Source of the DNA: a virus
IMG/VR virus record: IMGVR_UViG_3300024349_000326
Span: 1-64,000 of that record
Direction: 5' to 3' (one strand)
DNA length: 64,000 bases
The stretch's first letter is position 1, and each line of letters begins with the position of its first letter. The position numbers and the translations under genes were made by a program. Shown piece after piece: positions 44,816 through 54,113 of the stretch. The notes below the pieces were generated by a model. The model was not told the origin of the DNA and ran no database searches. It was given only the letters and a program-made list of their open reading frames with translations.

Positions 44816-44989
44816 ATGCCAGTGCATCGAACCACAAGGAACGGCAAGCCGGCGTTTCAGTACGGCACCACAGGTGCCAAGTACACCTACAAGCCTGGCA
44901 ATACAGCGAGCCGCGAGGCCGCCGAGAAGAAGGCCATCAAGCAGGCCCTTGCCATTGCGCGCCGCACGGGGAAGCCTGCCCACCTGTAG
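44816..44989 (+). CDS. small protein (57 aa)
   Basis: Strong SD AGGAG 7 nt upstream; MPVHRTTRNGKPAFQYGTTGAKYTYKPGNTASREAAEKKAIKQALAIARRTGKPAHL. Confidence 0.45.
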   Translation: MPVHRTTRNGKPAFQYGTTGAKYTYKPGNTASREAAEKKAIKQALAIARRTGKPAHL

Positions 44990-45004
44990 ACCTGCGAGAC
45001 GCTT

Positions 45005-45205
45005 ATGACCTCATGCACCATCGAGCACCACCGGGACGGCGAGTGCATCGAGAAGTGGAACGTCACGGAGGAAATGATTCAACGTGACGGCGACACGGCA
45101 CGAGTCGTCTTTCCCGTGGGGCAGATTGTCCTGGCCACCTATGACGAACTGCACTTTTGCCTTAGCGACGGGCTGAACGTTCTGAGCGAGGTCCAACAAC
45201 GGTGA
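45005..45205 (+). CDS. hypothetical small protein
   Basis: 66 aa ORF in tight array of small early genes. Confidence 0.4.
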   Translation: MTSCTIEHHRDGECIEKWNVTEEMIQRDGDTARVVFPVGQIVLATYDELHFCLSDGLNVLSEVQQR

Positions 45206-45420
45206 AGTATCGCGGCCTCTTTATCGGTGGAGCTATCGACGGGCAGGAGCGTGTCCTAGTGCATCGCAATCGCTACATCGGGATGCGCGACCAGCCCCAG
45301 TGCGTTTATCGGCTGCTGTTTGCCTTTGGCGAACCGCACACGCTGGTCTACTCGTTGTACGGCGTCGAAGAAACCCTGAATCGGCTGTGGCACCGCTACT
45401 CAGGAGAAGACCATGCGTAA
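45202..45420 (+). CDS. hypothetical small protein
   Basis: ATGA-type overlap with the upstream gene. Confidence 0.4.
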   Translation: MKYRGLFIGGAIDGQERVLVHRNRYIGMRDQPQCVYRLLFAFGEPHTLVYSLYGVEETLNRLWHRYSGEDHA

Positions 45421-45748
45421 GCTGGATCAGTTTTATGACCTGCTGCGGCTCGTCGCGCACAAAGACCCTTGGAGCGAGCAGGTGGAGTTCATGCTGCTCC
45501 ACCACGTCAGCGGCAAGCCGCGAACGATCTGCGGCCTGCTGCAATTCACCGAGGTTCCTGAAGGTGCCCAGGTCAACCCGACCTTCTGCCTCTACGGCCC
45601 CGAGGCCCAGGAACTCATGGACATGCTCTGGAACTGCGGGCTGCGACCCACCCAGAGCCAGAGCAGCGCCGGGCAACTGGACGCCGTGGAACGTCACTTG
45701 GCCGACATGCGGGCCATCGCCTTCAACAAGCTGGAGATCAAGCCTTGA
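45413..45748 (+). CDS. hypothetical protein
   Basis: 111 aa, overlaps neighbours by 8 and 4 nt. Confidence 0.45.
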   Translation: MRKLDQFYDLLRLVAHKDPWSEQVEFMLLHHVSGKPRTICGLLQFTEVPEGAQVNPTFCLYGPEAQELMDMLWNCGLRPTQSQSSAGQLDAVERHLADMRAIAFNKLEIKP

Positions 45749-45987
45749 GCAAGTTGGTCTGGTACTTCTGGCAACTGTTCCCCTGCACCTACCGGACTTT
45801 CTACGGCGACGACCTCGGCCGGATTCACTTCGCCGTGTGGAAGATGTGGTTCGGCCACTGTTATCGCGTCAACGACGTGATCGTGGACACGTTCACCACC
45901 GTGTTGGACGACATCTTGCGTCTCTTGGACGCGCTGTGTGCGGCCAACTGGACCCCCGAGTGCAGCGGCGAGTGCCGCAGCAAGTAG
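45745..45987 (+). CDS. hypothetical Trp/Cys-rich small protein
   Basis: 80 aa; C-terminal CSGECRSK. Confidence 0.4.
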   Translation: MSKLVWYFWQLFPCTYRTFYGDDLGRIHFAVWKMWFGHCYRVNDVIVDTFTTVLDDILRLLDALCAANWTPECSGECRSK

Positions 45988-46011
45988 CCCCGTCCTCAAC
46001 AGGAGACACCC

Positions 46012-46194
46012 ATGCCCGCCGACGACCTGCGCTATCTTGAGCTATCCGAAGATCGGGACGACGACTTCGAGGATGAAGACGACTTCGACGACGATTACGA
46101 CCCGTACCTCGACGACCCAGATGACGAAGATTTCGACGACGACTGGGCGGACGAAGACGAGGACTGGGAAGACGACGAAGACGAGGACGAATAG
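46012..46194 (+). CDS. poly-acidic 60-aa protein (DNA-mimic anti-restriction / nuclease-inhibitor candidate)
   Basis: About 60 % Asp/Glu (DDDFEDEDDFDDDYDPYLDDPDDEDFDDDWADEDEDWEDDEDEDE), with interspersed aromatics. Confidence 0.5.
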   Translation: MPADDLRYLELSEDRDDDFEDEDDFDDDYDPYLDDPDDEDFDDDWADEDEDWEDDEDEDE

Positions 46195-46265
46195 TAGTCG
46201 AGCCACGATGCGCGGCTCACCGTGCCTATGACCTTCGACCGGCATCCTGACGAGGAAGACGCCTT

Positions 46266-47066
46266 ATGCCCATCTTTTGCGTGAGCGATTTGCATCTGTG
46301 CGACCGTGGCTACCGCGACAACTTCGCAGTGGAAGGCCGCGAAGCCCGCTTCCACAAGTTCCTGGACTACGTGGAGGCCGAGGGCGGCCAACTCTACGTC
46401 TTAGGCGATCTTTTCGACTGGTGGCAAGCCAACCTGAGTCGGTCGGTACGTGCCTATCAAGACCTGCTGACACGCATGGCGCACATGGGACCAGTTGGGG
46501 CCTTGTGGGTCGTCGGCAACCATGACAATGCCTTGACCGACTTTCTCGGCAGCGAGATCAGGCTGCGGGGCCTGGAATTGCCCGTCATCTCTCGGGCCTT
46601 CGAGGCGACCATCGGCGGCCGGCGGTTCGCCTTCCTCCACGGTCACGAGTCCGATCCATATTGCCGGGACATGAACCCCGGCACCGGCGAGATTACTGCG
46701 ATCATTTCCGGGCTGCTGGAAGACCGCAACCGAGGGCCATTCGATCGTCGCTCCCATGCCGTGGAAGACCAGTTTGTCGGCACGTTGGAAGGGGCCTTGA
46801 CCCTCTGGCGGAAGCTGACCCTTCAGCATGGCCGTCTGGACGAGATGCTCGATGGCGTGGAAAGCTACCGCAAGGAGGCCGGGGCCGACGTGGTGGTCTA
46901 CGGTCATACGCACGAGCCGGGGCATATCGGCGATTACCACTTCAACACGGGCACCTGGGCGCGAACCAACGACACCTTTGTGCGAATCAACGACGACGGC
47001 CGCACGGCCGTCTGGGAATGGCTGCCTAGCAACCGTCCGGCACTGTTTGCCCATGCGTTGCGATGA
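46266..47066 (+). CDS. calcineurin-like metallophosphoesterase
   Basis: VSDLHL, VLGDLFD, VVGNHD, FLHGHE, YGHTHE motifs. Confidence 0.75.
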   Translation: MPIFCVSDLHLCDRGYRDNFAVEGREARFHKFLDYVEAEGGQLYVLGDLFDWWQANLSRSVRAYQDLLTRMAHMGPVGALWVVGNHDNALTDFLGSEIRLRGLELPVISRAFEATIGGRRFAFLHGHESDPYCRDMNPGTGEITAIISGLLEDRNRGPFDRRSHAVEDQFVGTLEGALTLWRKLTLQHGRLDEMLDGVESYRKEAGADVVVYGHTHEPGHIGDYHFNTGTWARTNDTFVRINDDGRTAVWEWLPSNRPALFAHALR

Positions 47067-47932
47067 AGCTGATGAAGCCGCTGGAACAGTACCAAGCGTA
47101 TCCCGTCCCCGTGGCGGCCATCTACTACGATGCCGTCTTCAACTGCCGGGGCGAGTTCACGCTGCAATCGGTCAGGGAACTGGCCGACAGCATCATCGAA
47201 GCAGGGCGGCTGATCTGTCCGATCGCCGTTCAGCCGTGGAGCGAGGCCGATGGCTTCGAGTACCGATTGATCGTCGGACACCGACGCTTCCGGGCCGTGG
47301 CCGAGTTCCTGCGATGGACCGAGATACCGGCCTACATCTGCAAGGGCTTGAGCGACCATGAAGCCCGCATGTTGAACCTGGTGGAGAACTTGCAGCGCAA
47401 GAGTCTGAACATCCTGGAGGAGGCCCGTGCGGTTCAAAGCCTTTTTCCAAAGGGGGCCAGCGTGCGGGAGGCTGCCCGCGAGCTAAAGCAGTCAACTCAC
47501 TGGGTCTGGCTCCGCGTGCGCCTGTTGCAGATGCCGGAAGCAATCCAGCAAAAGGCCGCTGCCGGCCTGCTGTCTCAAGCGAACTTGGAAGTGCTGGCGG
47601 GCTTTGAACGGGCAGACGAGCAAATTGCGGCTGCCGACAAGATCGTCGAGGCGCGCCAGCGCGGTAAGGGAAAGTTCCTGCCTGGCCTCACCAAGACGTA
47701 TAAGCGCCGCCACGGAAGCCGGCGCGTCGGGGAGATCAATCGCATGGTCGAACGGATGCTGGCCGCCGGCATCGTTGGCTTGCCGCCTCGCGTGGCGGCG
47801 TGGTGTGCGGGTTCCATCCCAGACGAGGAGTTGCTGAGAGAAATCGAGACAGCGACTCCAGAACGCGCGAGAGATTCCGTCATAGCTGGTAGAGAGGAAT
47901 TGGATGAACGCGCCCACGACAAATCCGGTTGA
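47063..47932 (+). CDS. ParB-like partition/nuclease protein
   Basis: ICPIAVQP...YRLIVGHRRFRA (ParB box with GxRR), HTH ENLQRKSLNILEEARAV. Confidence 0.75.
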   Translation: MKLMKPLEQYQAYPVPVAAIYYDAVFNCRGEFTLQSVRELADSIIEAGRLICPIAVQPWSEADGFEYRLIVGHRRFRAVAEFLRWTEIPAYICKGLSDHEARMLNLVENLQRKSLNILEEARAVQSLFPKGASVREAARELKQSTHWVWLRVRLLQMPEAIQQKAAAGLLSQANLEVLAGFERADEQIAAADKIVEARQRGKGKFLPGLTKTYKRRHGSRRVGEINRMVERMLAAGIVGLPPRVAAWCAGSIPDEELLREIETATPERARDSVIAGREELDERAHDKSG

Positions 47933-48263
47933 GCCGGGCATCGACATACGAAAGCTGAAAGCAGAGATGACCATCCTCTTGGAAGCGGACCCGTATCTCT
48001 ATGAGATGCGGGTCATGTATCCGGTTCACGGCGTCGTGGAGATCAGTTCCAACGATCCCCAACTTCGGATAGCCACCGTGGGACAACTGCTTCACAGCGT
48101 CCATTGGTCGAGTCCAGCAGTGCCGAGGCCCTTGTGGATTGGCAGGGGCCTCGCCCTGGAAATCCGCTTCCGCAATGGTACGTACCGCACGCAGCCGGTG
48201 ACGGCAGCCGGTGTGAGCGGGAAGCACGAAGACGGCAGCCGTTGGTCCTACGAGGTCTTCTAA
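47904..48263 (+). CDS. hypothetical protein
   Basis: 119 aa; 29-nt overlap with ParB gene. Confidence 0.4.
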   Translation: MNAPTTNPVEPGIDIRKLKAEMTILLEADPYLYEMRVMYPVHGVVEISSNDPQLRIATVGQLLHSVHWSSPAVPRPLWIGRGLALEIRFRNGTYRTQPVTAAGVSGKHEDGSRWSYEVF

Positions 48264-48266
48264 CCG

Positions 48267-48755
48267 ATGAGACAGCGGTATCGTCCTATTCCGAAGCCGA
48301 CAGGAGCCGACACCGAGCGATTCTGGTCTAAGGTGGATCGGCGTGCTCCCAATGAGTGCTGGCCGTGGATTGCTTCGCGCCAAGACGGCGGCCGTGGAAT
48401 GATCCGTCTTGCTCGGCGTTTGTACAAGGCTCCGCGTGTCGCCTACCTGCTTGCCACAGGTAGCGATCCTGGGCAACAAGACGTTTGCCACACTTGCGAC
48501 AACCCTGCCTGCTGCAATCCGAAGCATCTCTGGCTCGGAACTCGTGCTGAAAACAACGATGACCGGGATGCAAAGGGTCATCAGGTCGCCTTTCAGGGTG
48601 AAAGGCATCCTAACGCCATTCTGACGGAGCCGCAGGTCCGGCAGATTCTCGGATCGAATCTGACGAACGTGTACCTGGCATCGGTTTACGGCGTGTCGCA
48701 ATGCACCGTTTCGGCAATCCGGCATCGTCGCCTCTGGAGGCATGTCTGTGTCTAA
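48267..48755 (+). CDS. HNH homing endonuclease (HNH_3 type), paralog of 37655 gene
   Basis: CWPW...RVAY...DVCHTCDNPACCNPKHLWLGTRAEN. Confidence 0.8.
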   Translation: MRQRYRPIPKPTGADTERFWSKVDRRAPNECWPWIASRQDGGRGMIRLARRLYKAPRVAYLLATGSDPGQQDVCHTCDNPACCNPKHLWLGTRAENNDDRDAKGHQVAFQGERHPNAILTEPQVRQILGSNLTNVYLASVYGVSQCTVSAIRHRRLWRHVCV

Positions 48756-51240
48756 GTCCCTCCCGCCCAAACTCTATCTGGACACGGAAAGTTGCGGGCT
48801 GCACAGCATGATGGTGCTGTTGCAGTACGCCGTAGAAGACGGCCCAATCACGCTGTACGAAGTCTGGCGGCGGCCCGTGAGAGAAACCCTCGCGCTGATC
48901 GAGTGGATATGCCAGCACACGGTCGTGGGCTTCAACCTGTCATTCGACTGGTTCCACGTCTGCAAAACCTACACCATCTTCCGACTTTGCGATCCAGACT
49001 GGATTCCCGAGGAACACATCAATGAGATCGCCATACTGGAACCGCAAGGGCAGGACGGCCCGTGCATCAAGCCGGCGGCGGTCCTGGACCTGATGCTCCA
49101 CAGCCGCAAGGGGCCGATGCAATCGCTCATGGCACGCGAGGATGTCCGCATCAAGCGGGTGCCTACGGCCCTCGCCTATGCCCTGGCTCGTGAGCTAGAG
49201 GCCCGTGTCCAGTTTGACAACATCTACTTTGCCAAACGGGCCGACCCCGAAGCGCCCAAGTGGCAGGTCTTCGACCGCCATGATTCCTTCGGCGACCTGG
49301 ATACCGACTTCAAAGATGTCGTCTTGAAGTTCTCCCCTGCTGGTGGCCTCAAGTTTCTCGCCGAACATATTCTGAAACTCAAGCCCAAGTATCACTACAA
49401 GGACGTAGAGCCGCCCCCCGCGTGGCGGCCTTATGAGTTGGGCTACGCGCCCACGGCCTTGGCCGTGTCAAGTCCCGACAAAGGCTGGGCAATTGAGACC
49501 GACGAAGAGGGCGACAAGCGTGTTACGAAATATGCCTGGCCCGGCGTGATTCGGCAGTTTATCGACCACTGGGCGACCCGCACGGACGCCCGTGAGTATG
49601 CCACCGACGACATCGTTTATACGCGGGCGCTGGACAAGCACTTCGGCTGCCCCGAGCCGGGCGACAACGATTCCAGTTTGACCTGCATGGTGGCGGCTGT
49701 CCGCTGGCACGGTTTCACGATCAACCGCGAAGGGATCGCAGCCCTCAAGGCGAAGGCCCAAGCCACGGTGGCAGCCAGCCCGGTGAACATCAACAAGCCG
49801 AGCGAGGTCCGGGCCTACGTTATGGCGGCAATGAACGGGACCGAGCATTTGATTCTCGACACGTCCACAAAGAAGGCCAACCTCGAAGCGATCAGCAAAT
49901 GGGGCATCGGCAAGATGTGCCCCAAGTGCCAGGGAAAGGGCTACTTGAAAACGGAAACCGACATCTGCCCGCAGTGCAACGGCGTGTGCTATGTCGGTGA
50001 GCCGGAACGGTGTGGCAGGTGTCAGAGCGACGATCCGCAGTGCGCCCGCTGTGGCGGTACGGGCTTCCTGAAGGTGGGCCGACACCCGGCCGGCGTCCGC
50101 TCCAAGGAGATCCTTGCCGTGAAGTTCGCGGCTAAGGAGATCGAGCTATACGACAAGCTGCTGCTGGCCGGCAAGTTCCACGCCTCGTTCATCGTGATTG
50201 GTGCCCTCTCGTCCCGCATGGCTGGGGCAGACGGCCTCAACGCCCAAGGGATCAAGCACACCAAAGAAGTCCGGCAGATGTTTCCTCTCACCTGGGGCGA
50301 CAATCTGCTTTGCGGCGGCGACTTCAGTTCCTTCGAGGTGACAATCGCCGACGCCGTGTGCAACGACGAGGCCCTCCGCGCCGAGTTGATCGCCGGCCGG
50401 AAGATTCACGCTCTGTTCGGCATGGCGATCTTCCCCGGCACGACCTACGAGGAGGTCAAGTCAAGCGACGGCAGCACGACCAACGACATGTATACGAAGG
50501 GCAAGCAAGGCTTCTTCGGCACGATGCTCTACGGCGGCGACCACAGCACCTTGGTCAATCGCCTGGGCATCAGCGAAGAGGTCGCCAAGCAGGCCATTGA
50601 GAGCTTTGGCAGCCGATTCACGGGCGTCAAGAAGTGGCGAAAGCGGGTTGCCGATTCGTTCTGCTCCATGACCCAGCCCGCCGGCATCGGCACGAAGGTC
50701 GTCTGGAAAGAGCCGGCCGACTACGCCGAGACGATGCTGGGCTTTCGCCGCTACTTCACCTTGGAGAACCGTATCGCCCGCGCAATCTTCGACTTGGCTC
50801 GCAACCCGCCCAAGCATTGGCAGGACTGCAAGGTCAAGGTCGTCCGCCGCGACCGCGTGCAGACGGCCGGTGGTGCTGTCTCGTCGGCCCTCTACGGGGC
50901 GGCCTTCTCGATGCAGGCGGCCAACATGCGGGCGGCGGCGAACCATGAAATCCAATCGCCGGGTGCCGAGATCACAAAGCACGTCCAGCGGAAGATTTGG
51001 GACTTGCAGCCGGTCGGGGTCAACGAGTGGCGCGTCAGCCCCATGAACATCCACGACGAGATCATGTGTGTCACCCGGCCGGACATGGTTCCGAGCGTGA
51101 CGGAGGTGGTCCGGGATTCCGTCGAGCATTTTCGCCCCTATGTGCCGCTGATCGGCATGGACTGGAACGAGGAGATGGCGAACTGGGCCGAGAAGAAGAG
51201 TGGCACCATCAAGATCAGAGCACCGGAGATGATGAAGTAG
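48742..51240 (+). CDS. family-A DNA polymerase with 3'-5' exonuclease domain and inserted DnaJ-type zinc finger
   Basis: Exo I LYLDTESCGL; pol motif A GGDFSSFEV, motif B YTKGKQGFFGTMLYGG, motif C NIHDEIMCV; insertion CPKCQGKGY...CPQCNGVCY...CGRCQSDD...CARCGGTGF (4x CxxCxGxG). Confidence 0.85.
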   Translation: MSVSKSLPPKLYLDTESCGLHSMMVLLQYAVEDGPITLYEVWRRPVRETLALIEWICQHTVVGFNLSFDWFHVCKTYTIFRLCDPDWIPEEHINEIAILEPQGQDGPCIKPAAVLDLMLHSRKGPMQSLMAREDVRIKRVPTALAYALARELEARVQFDNIYFAKRADPEAPKWQVFDRHDSFGDLDTDFKDVVLKFSPAGGLKFLAEHILKLKPKYHYKDVEPPPAWRPYELGYAPTALAVSSPDKGWAIETDEEGDKRVTKYAWPGVIRQFIDHWATRTDAREYATDDIVYTRALDKHFGCPEPGDNDSSLTCMVAAVRWHGFTINREGIAALKAKAQATVAASPVNINKPSEVRAYVMAAMNGTEHLILDTSTKKANLEAISKWGIGKMCPKCQGKGYLKTETDICPQCNGVCYVGEPERCGRCQSDDPQCARCGGTGFLKVGRHPAGVRSKEILAVKFAAKEIELYDKLLLAGKFHASFIVIGALSSRMAGADGLNAQGIKHTKEVRQMFPLTWGDNLLCGGDFSSFEVTIADAVCNDEALRAELIAGRKIHALFGMAIFPGTTYEEVKSSDGSTTNDMYTKGKQGFFGTMLYGGDHSTLVNRLGISEEVAKQAIESFGSRFTGVKKWRKRVADSFCSMTQPAGIGTKVVWKEPADYAETMLGFRRYFTLENRIARAIFDLARNPPKHWQDCKVKVVRRDRVQTAGGAVSSALYGAAFSMQAANMRAAANHEIQSPGAEITKHVQRKIWDLQPVGVNEWRVSPMNIHDEIMCVTRPDMVPSVTEVVRDSVEHFRPYVPLIGMDWNEEMANWAEKKSGTIKIRAPEMMK

Positions 51241-51638
51241 TGGGTGACATTCGCCGGCCAAAGCACAGCCAAGAGTGGCACATCCAGCAAGCCTTGATTG
51301 CCTATCTCAAAGTCCGGGGCTGGCATGTGGAGCGGATGATCGGCAACGCCTTCCAGATGGGCGTGCCCGACCTGTTCATCGCGCATCCCAAATGGGGCCA
51401 GCGTTGGATTGACGTGAAGCGACCGGGAAAGAACTACGGCTTCACCAAGGCCCAAAAACTGAAGTGGCCCGTGTGGGAAGCCTTTGGCATCGGCATCTGG
51501 ATACTCACTGCCGCCACCCAAGAAGAATACGACAAGCTGTTCGCGCCGCCCAACTGGCGTGCCTTTTGGAAGGAGTCGTGGGGTCAGGTTCCTGACATCG
51601 ACGCCCTTCTCGACGAGCTAGACCGCGAAGGCTGGTAG
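51240..51638 (+). CDS. VRR-NUC domain nuclease
   Basis: GTG start overlapping polymerase stop (taGTG); EWHIQQALIAYLKVRGWHVERMIGNAFQMGVPDLFIAHPKWGQRWIDVKRPGKNYGFTKAQ shows the VRR-NUC PD-(D/E)xK pattern. Confidence 0.65.
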   Translation: MGDIRRPKHSQEWHIQQALIAYLKVRGWHVERMIGNAFQMGVPDLFIAHPKWGQRWIDVKRPGKNYGFTKAQKLKWPVWEAFGIGIWILTAATQEEYDKLFAPPNWRAFWKESWGQVPDIDALLDELDREGW

Positions 51639-51693
51639 CTCGTCGCCCTCTGTAATCCGCTAACGCCGCCCACTGCGGAGAAACCCTGCGCCT

Positions 51694-52194
51694 ATGGACC
51701 TGCAACAACGCCCCGAACCGTGGATGTGTATGCCACTCGCCTTTGCGATGGCCTTGGACATGCCCGTCGCCGACTTGCTCGCGGCCATCGGCCACGATGG
51801 CAGCGAGATCGTTTTCCCGAGTCTTTCTGAGCCGCTGTGCCGGCGGTGCTTCCACATTCAAGAGCCGATCCACGTCGCCTTATCGCGCGGGCTGGCCGTC
51901 ACGCCGGTCGAGTTGTTCCCCGTCCTTCAACCCACGGCAGTTGGGTCGTTCCAGAAGACGGTCCTCTACCGGGACAACAACTGGCGGCGCTTCGAGGAGA
52001 CGATTCGGGCGAGTCGCGGCGTAATCGACGGCACCGGCGCACGCCACGGCCACACGGTCGCCTATGACCACGGCCGCATCTACGACCCCAAGGGGTCGGT
52101 CTACGACTACTCTCGCCTCGCCTGCGAGGCCCACCAGTTCTACACCCGCTGCGCCTGGCGAATCGACCCCATTGGAGAACGCACCTGTGAGTAA
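51694..52194 (+). CDS. papain-like (C39-like) cysteine peptidase-domain protein, tentative
   Basis: N-terminal Cys in MCMPLAFAMAL, His/Asp in RHGHTVAYDHGRIYDP. Confidence 0.4.
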   Translation: MDLQQRPEPWMCMPLAFAMALDMPVADLLAAIGHDGSEIVFPSLSEPLCRRCFHIQEPIHVALSRGLAVTPVELFPVLQPTAVGSFQKTVLYRDNNWRRFEETIRASRGVIDGTGARHGHTVAYDHGRIYDPKGSVYDYSRLACEAHQFYTRCAWRIDPIGERTCE

Positions 52195-52861
52195 TCAATA
52201 CAACAGCGAATTGGTTTCAGAGATGGCCCGGCTCGGTAAGCCGTTTTGCACCGAAGACAACAGCCGACTCTTTCCGCACGTTGCTGCCGGCGATACCGAT
52301 GCACGCCGGCAGATGATCGAGGGGAATATGGCGTTGGCGGTCGTTAAGGTCGAGAGCTTCATCCGTTGCTTTCCCGAGATTGCCCATCTCCGGGACGACC
52401 TGACCAGTGCCGCCTTCGTCGGAGTGACCAAAGCCGTCAATCAGATGGCTGAGGGTTTCCAGATCAAACAGCCCGAGAATTGGAATCCAACCGACTGCAT
52501 TGGAGCATGGATCAACCGCGAACTGAGCGAGTTGATCGAGATTGAAGGTATCGTGCCGCCGCACACATCGAAGTACCGCGCCCGTGCCCAGGGAGAAGAA
52601 TTGACTGTTCCCACGGTCGTGAACGTCATTCCCGAGCGTTTCGAGATTCCTTCTTACGAAGAGGAGTTGGAGACCCGCGACCTGATTCACTCCTGCTGTG
52701 TGTGCGACGAGGAACGGACGTTTGTTGCCATGCGGGAGGCCGGACATACGCTCGACGCAATTGCAGCCACTATCGGCATGTCGCGCACGTCCTTGTATCG
52801 GATGGCCAAGCACCTTCAGGGCCGCGTTCAGCGCACACTGGAGGCCCTGCGCGACGAATGA
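52187..52861 (+). CDS. sigma-70 family RNA polymerase sigma factor (phage-encoded)
   Basis: GTG start (ATG alternative 52223); region-2-like DLTSAAFVGVTKAVNQM and region-4 HTH TLDAIAATIGMSRTSLYRMAKHLQGRVQRTLEAL. Confidence 0.55.
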   Translation: MSNQYNSELVSEMARLGKPFCTEDNSRLFPHVAAGDTDARRQMIEGNMALAVVKVESFIRCFPEIAHLRDDLTSAAFVGVTKAVNQMAEGFQIKQPENWNPTDCIGAWINRELSELIEIEGIVPPHTSKYRARAQGEELTVPTVVNVIPERFEIPSYEEELETRDLIHSCCVCDEERTFVAMREAGHTLDAIAATIGMSRTSLYRMAKHLQGRVQRTLEALRDE

Positions 52862-53439
52862 TTCGGCGCATCTTCCTAGACCTGGATGACGTGTGCAACA
52901 CGCTGGCACCCTTCGTGCTGCACTCGGTTGGCTGCGACATTGCCCCGAGCGACTACGCGCGCTACCCGCGTGAGCACGGCTTCAATATCTCGGATGCCGC
53001 CAATGATATGCTGGGCGAGGCCCGGTACACGGCTGCCACCCTCTGGGATTCTGTTCCGCGTGCTCTTTGGGTCAAGGTGCCAGAGTCAGACTTCTTTCCG
53101 TGGCTGCTTGATGCCTGCGCCGAGGCGGTTGGCCGTGAGAACGTCTGCATTGCCACCTCGCCTACAAAAGACCCCGAGTGCTTGGCGGGCAAGCTGGAGT
53201 GGATTCACGACCACTTCCCTGGGTGGATGCACCGACAGTACGCCATCACGCCCCGCAAACATCTGTTCGCCCGCCTCGACTCGCTACTGATCGACGACTA
53301 CGGCGACAACGCGAAACGCTTCAAGGCACATGGCGGTCACTCCATCCTCGTCCCGAGGCCCTGGAATGATAACTGGGCCTCGGACCCCCGCGGCTATCTG
53401 GAGGAAAAACTGACGGTGGCAGTTCCGAAATCGCCGTGA
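52858..53439 (+). CDS. HAD-superfamily 5'(3')-deoxyribonucleotidase (NT5C-like)
   Basis: ATGA overlap; HAD motif I FLDLDDV; C-terminal LLIDDYGDN (motif IV-like). Confidence 0.55.
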   Translation: MIRRIFLDLDDVCNTLAPFVLHSVGCDIAPSDYARYPREHGFNISDAANDMLGEARYTAATLWDSVPRALWVKVPESDFFPWLLDACAEAVGRENVCIATSPTKDPECLAGKLEWIHDHFPGWMHRQYAITPRKHLFARLDSLLIDDYGDNAKRFKAHGGHSILVPRPWNDNWASDPRGYLEEKLTVAVPKSP

Positions 53440-53480
53440 CTTGCGATCTATAGAGTGCCTACAAGTCTTTTGAGCAAACC

Positions 53481-53645
53481 ATGCACGTTGTCGAATTCAT
53501 TCCGGCTGACTGGTTAGAGCGGGCCGCCTGCTGGCCCGGCCTGAGAGTCTACAGCCGGCCGGTAGCAGTCGAGCGCCGCATCCGCACTCGGCGTGCAGCA
53601 GACGTGGAATTGCTGCTCCGATCCCTGCTTTCGGCACAGGTGTAA
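53481..53645 (+). CDS. small ORF (54 aa) upstream of HNH-AP2 gene
   Basis: MHVVEFIPADWLERAACWPGLRVYSRPVAVERRIRTRRAADVELLLRSLLSAQV; no further support. Confidence 0.2.
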   Translation: MHVVEFIPADWLERAACWPGLRVYSRPVAVERRIRTRRAADVELLLRSLLSAQV

Positions 53646-53648
53646 CCG

Positions 53649-54113
53649 ATGGCAACCATTGCACTTCTCAACACCGCTTCAGAGGCAATTGTCAGCCCGG
53701 AGGACGTGAACCTTCTCCGGGCTTGGAACTGGTCGCTCAACGGCGGGTACGTATCGCGCGGCACCCGTCGCGCCGGTAAGTACCGCCGCGTAATGATGCA
53801 CCGGGTTATTGCGCGCCGCAGTGGTCAGAAGATCGCCGGAAGAGAGATCGACCATATCAACCGCAATCCCTTAGACAACCGCCGCAGCAACCTCCGTGCT
53901 GTCTCCAAGAGCGTTAATCAGCACAACGCAGGTGCTCGCCACGATTCAAGTACGGGCCATCGTGGAATCACACGGCGCACGGGACGAGACACCCTGGTGG
54001 TCCGAATCCAAGTTGATAACAAGCGTGAATACATCGGCGACTATTCCACCCTTGAGGCAGCGCTTGCCGCTCGCACCGCAGCAGAGAGGAGACTTCTGAA
54101 TGGCAAAGCGTGA
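53649..54113 (+). CDS. HNH endonuclease with AP2 DNA-binding domain (intact copy)
   Basis: LLRAWNWSLNGGYVSRG...YRRVMMHRVI...IDHINRNPLDNRRSNLRAVSKSVNQHN (HNH) and ...REYIGDYSTLEAALAARTAAERRLLNG (AP2-like). Confidence 0.75.
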   Translation: MATIALLNTASEAIVSPEDVNLLRAWNWSLNGGYVSRGTRRAGKYRRVMMHRVIARRSGQKIAGREIDHINRNPLDNRRSNLRAVSKSVNQHNAGARHDSSTGHRGITRRTGRDTLVVRIQVDNKREYIGDYSTLEAALAARTAAERRLLNGKA

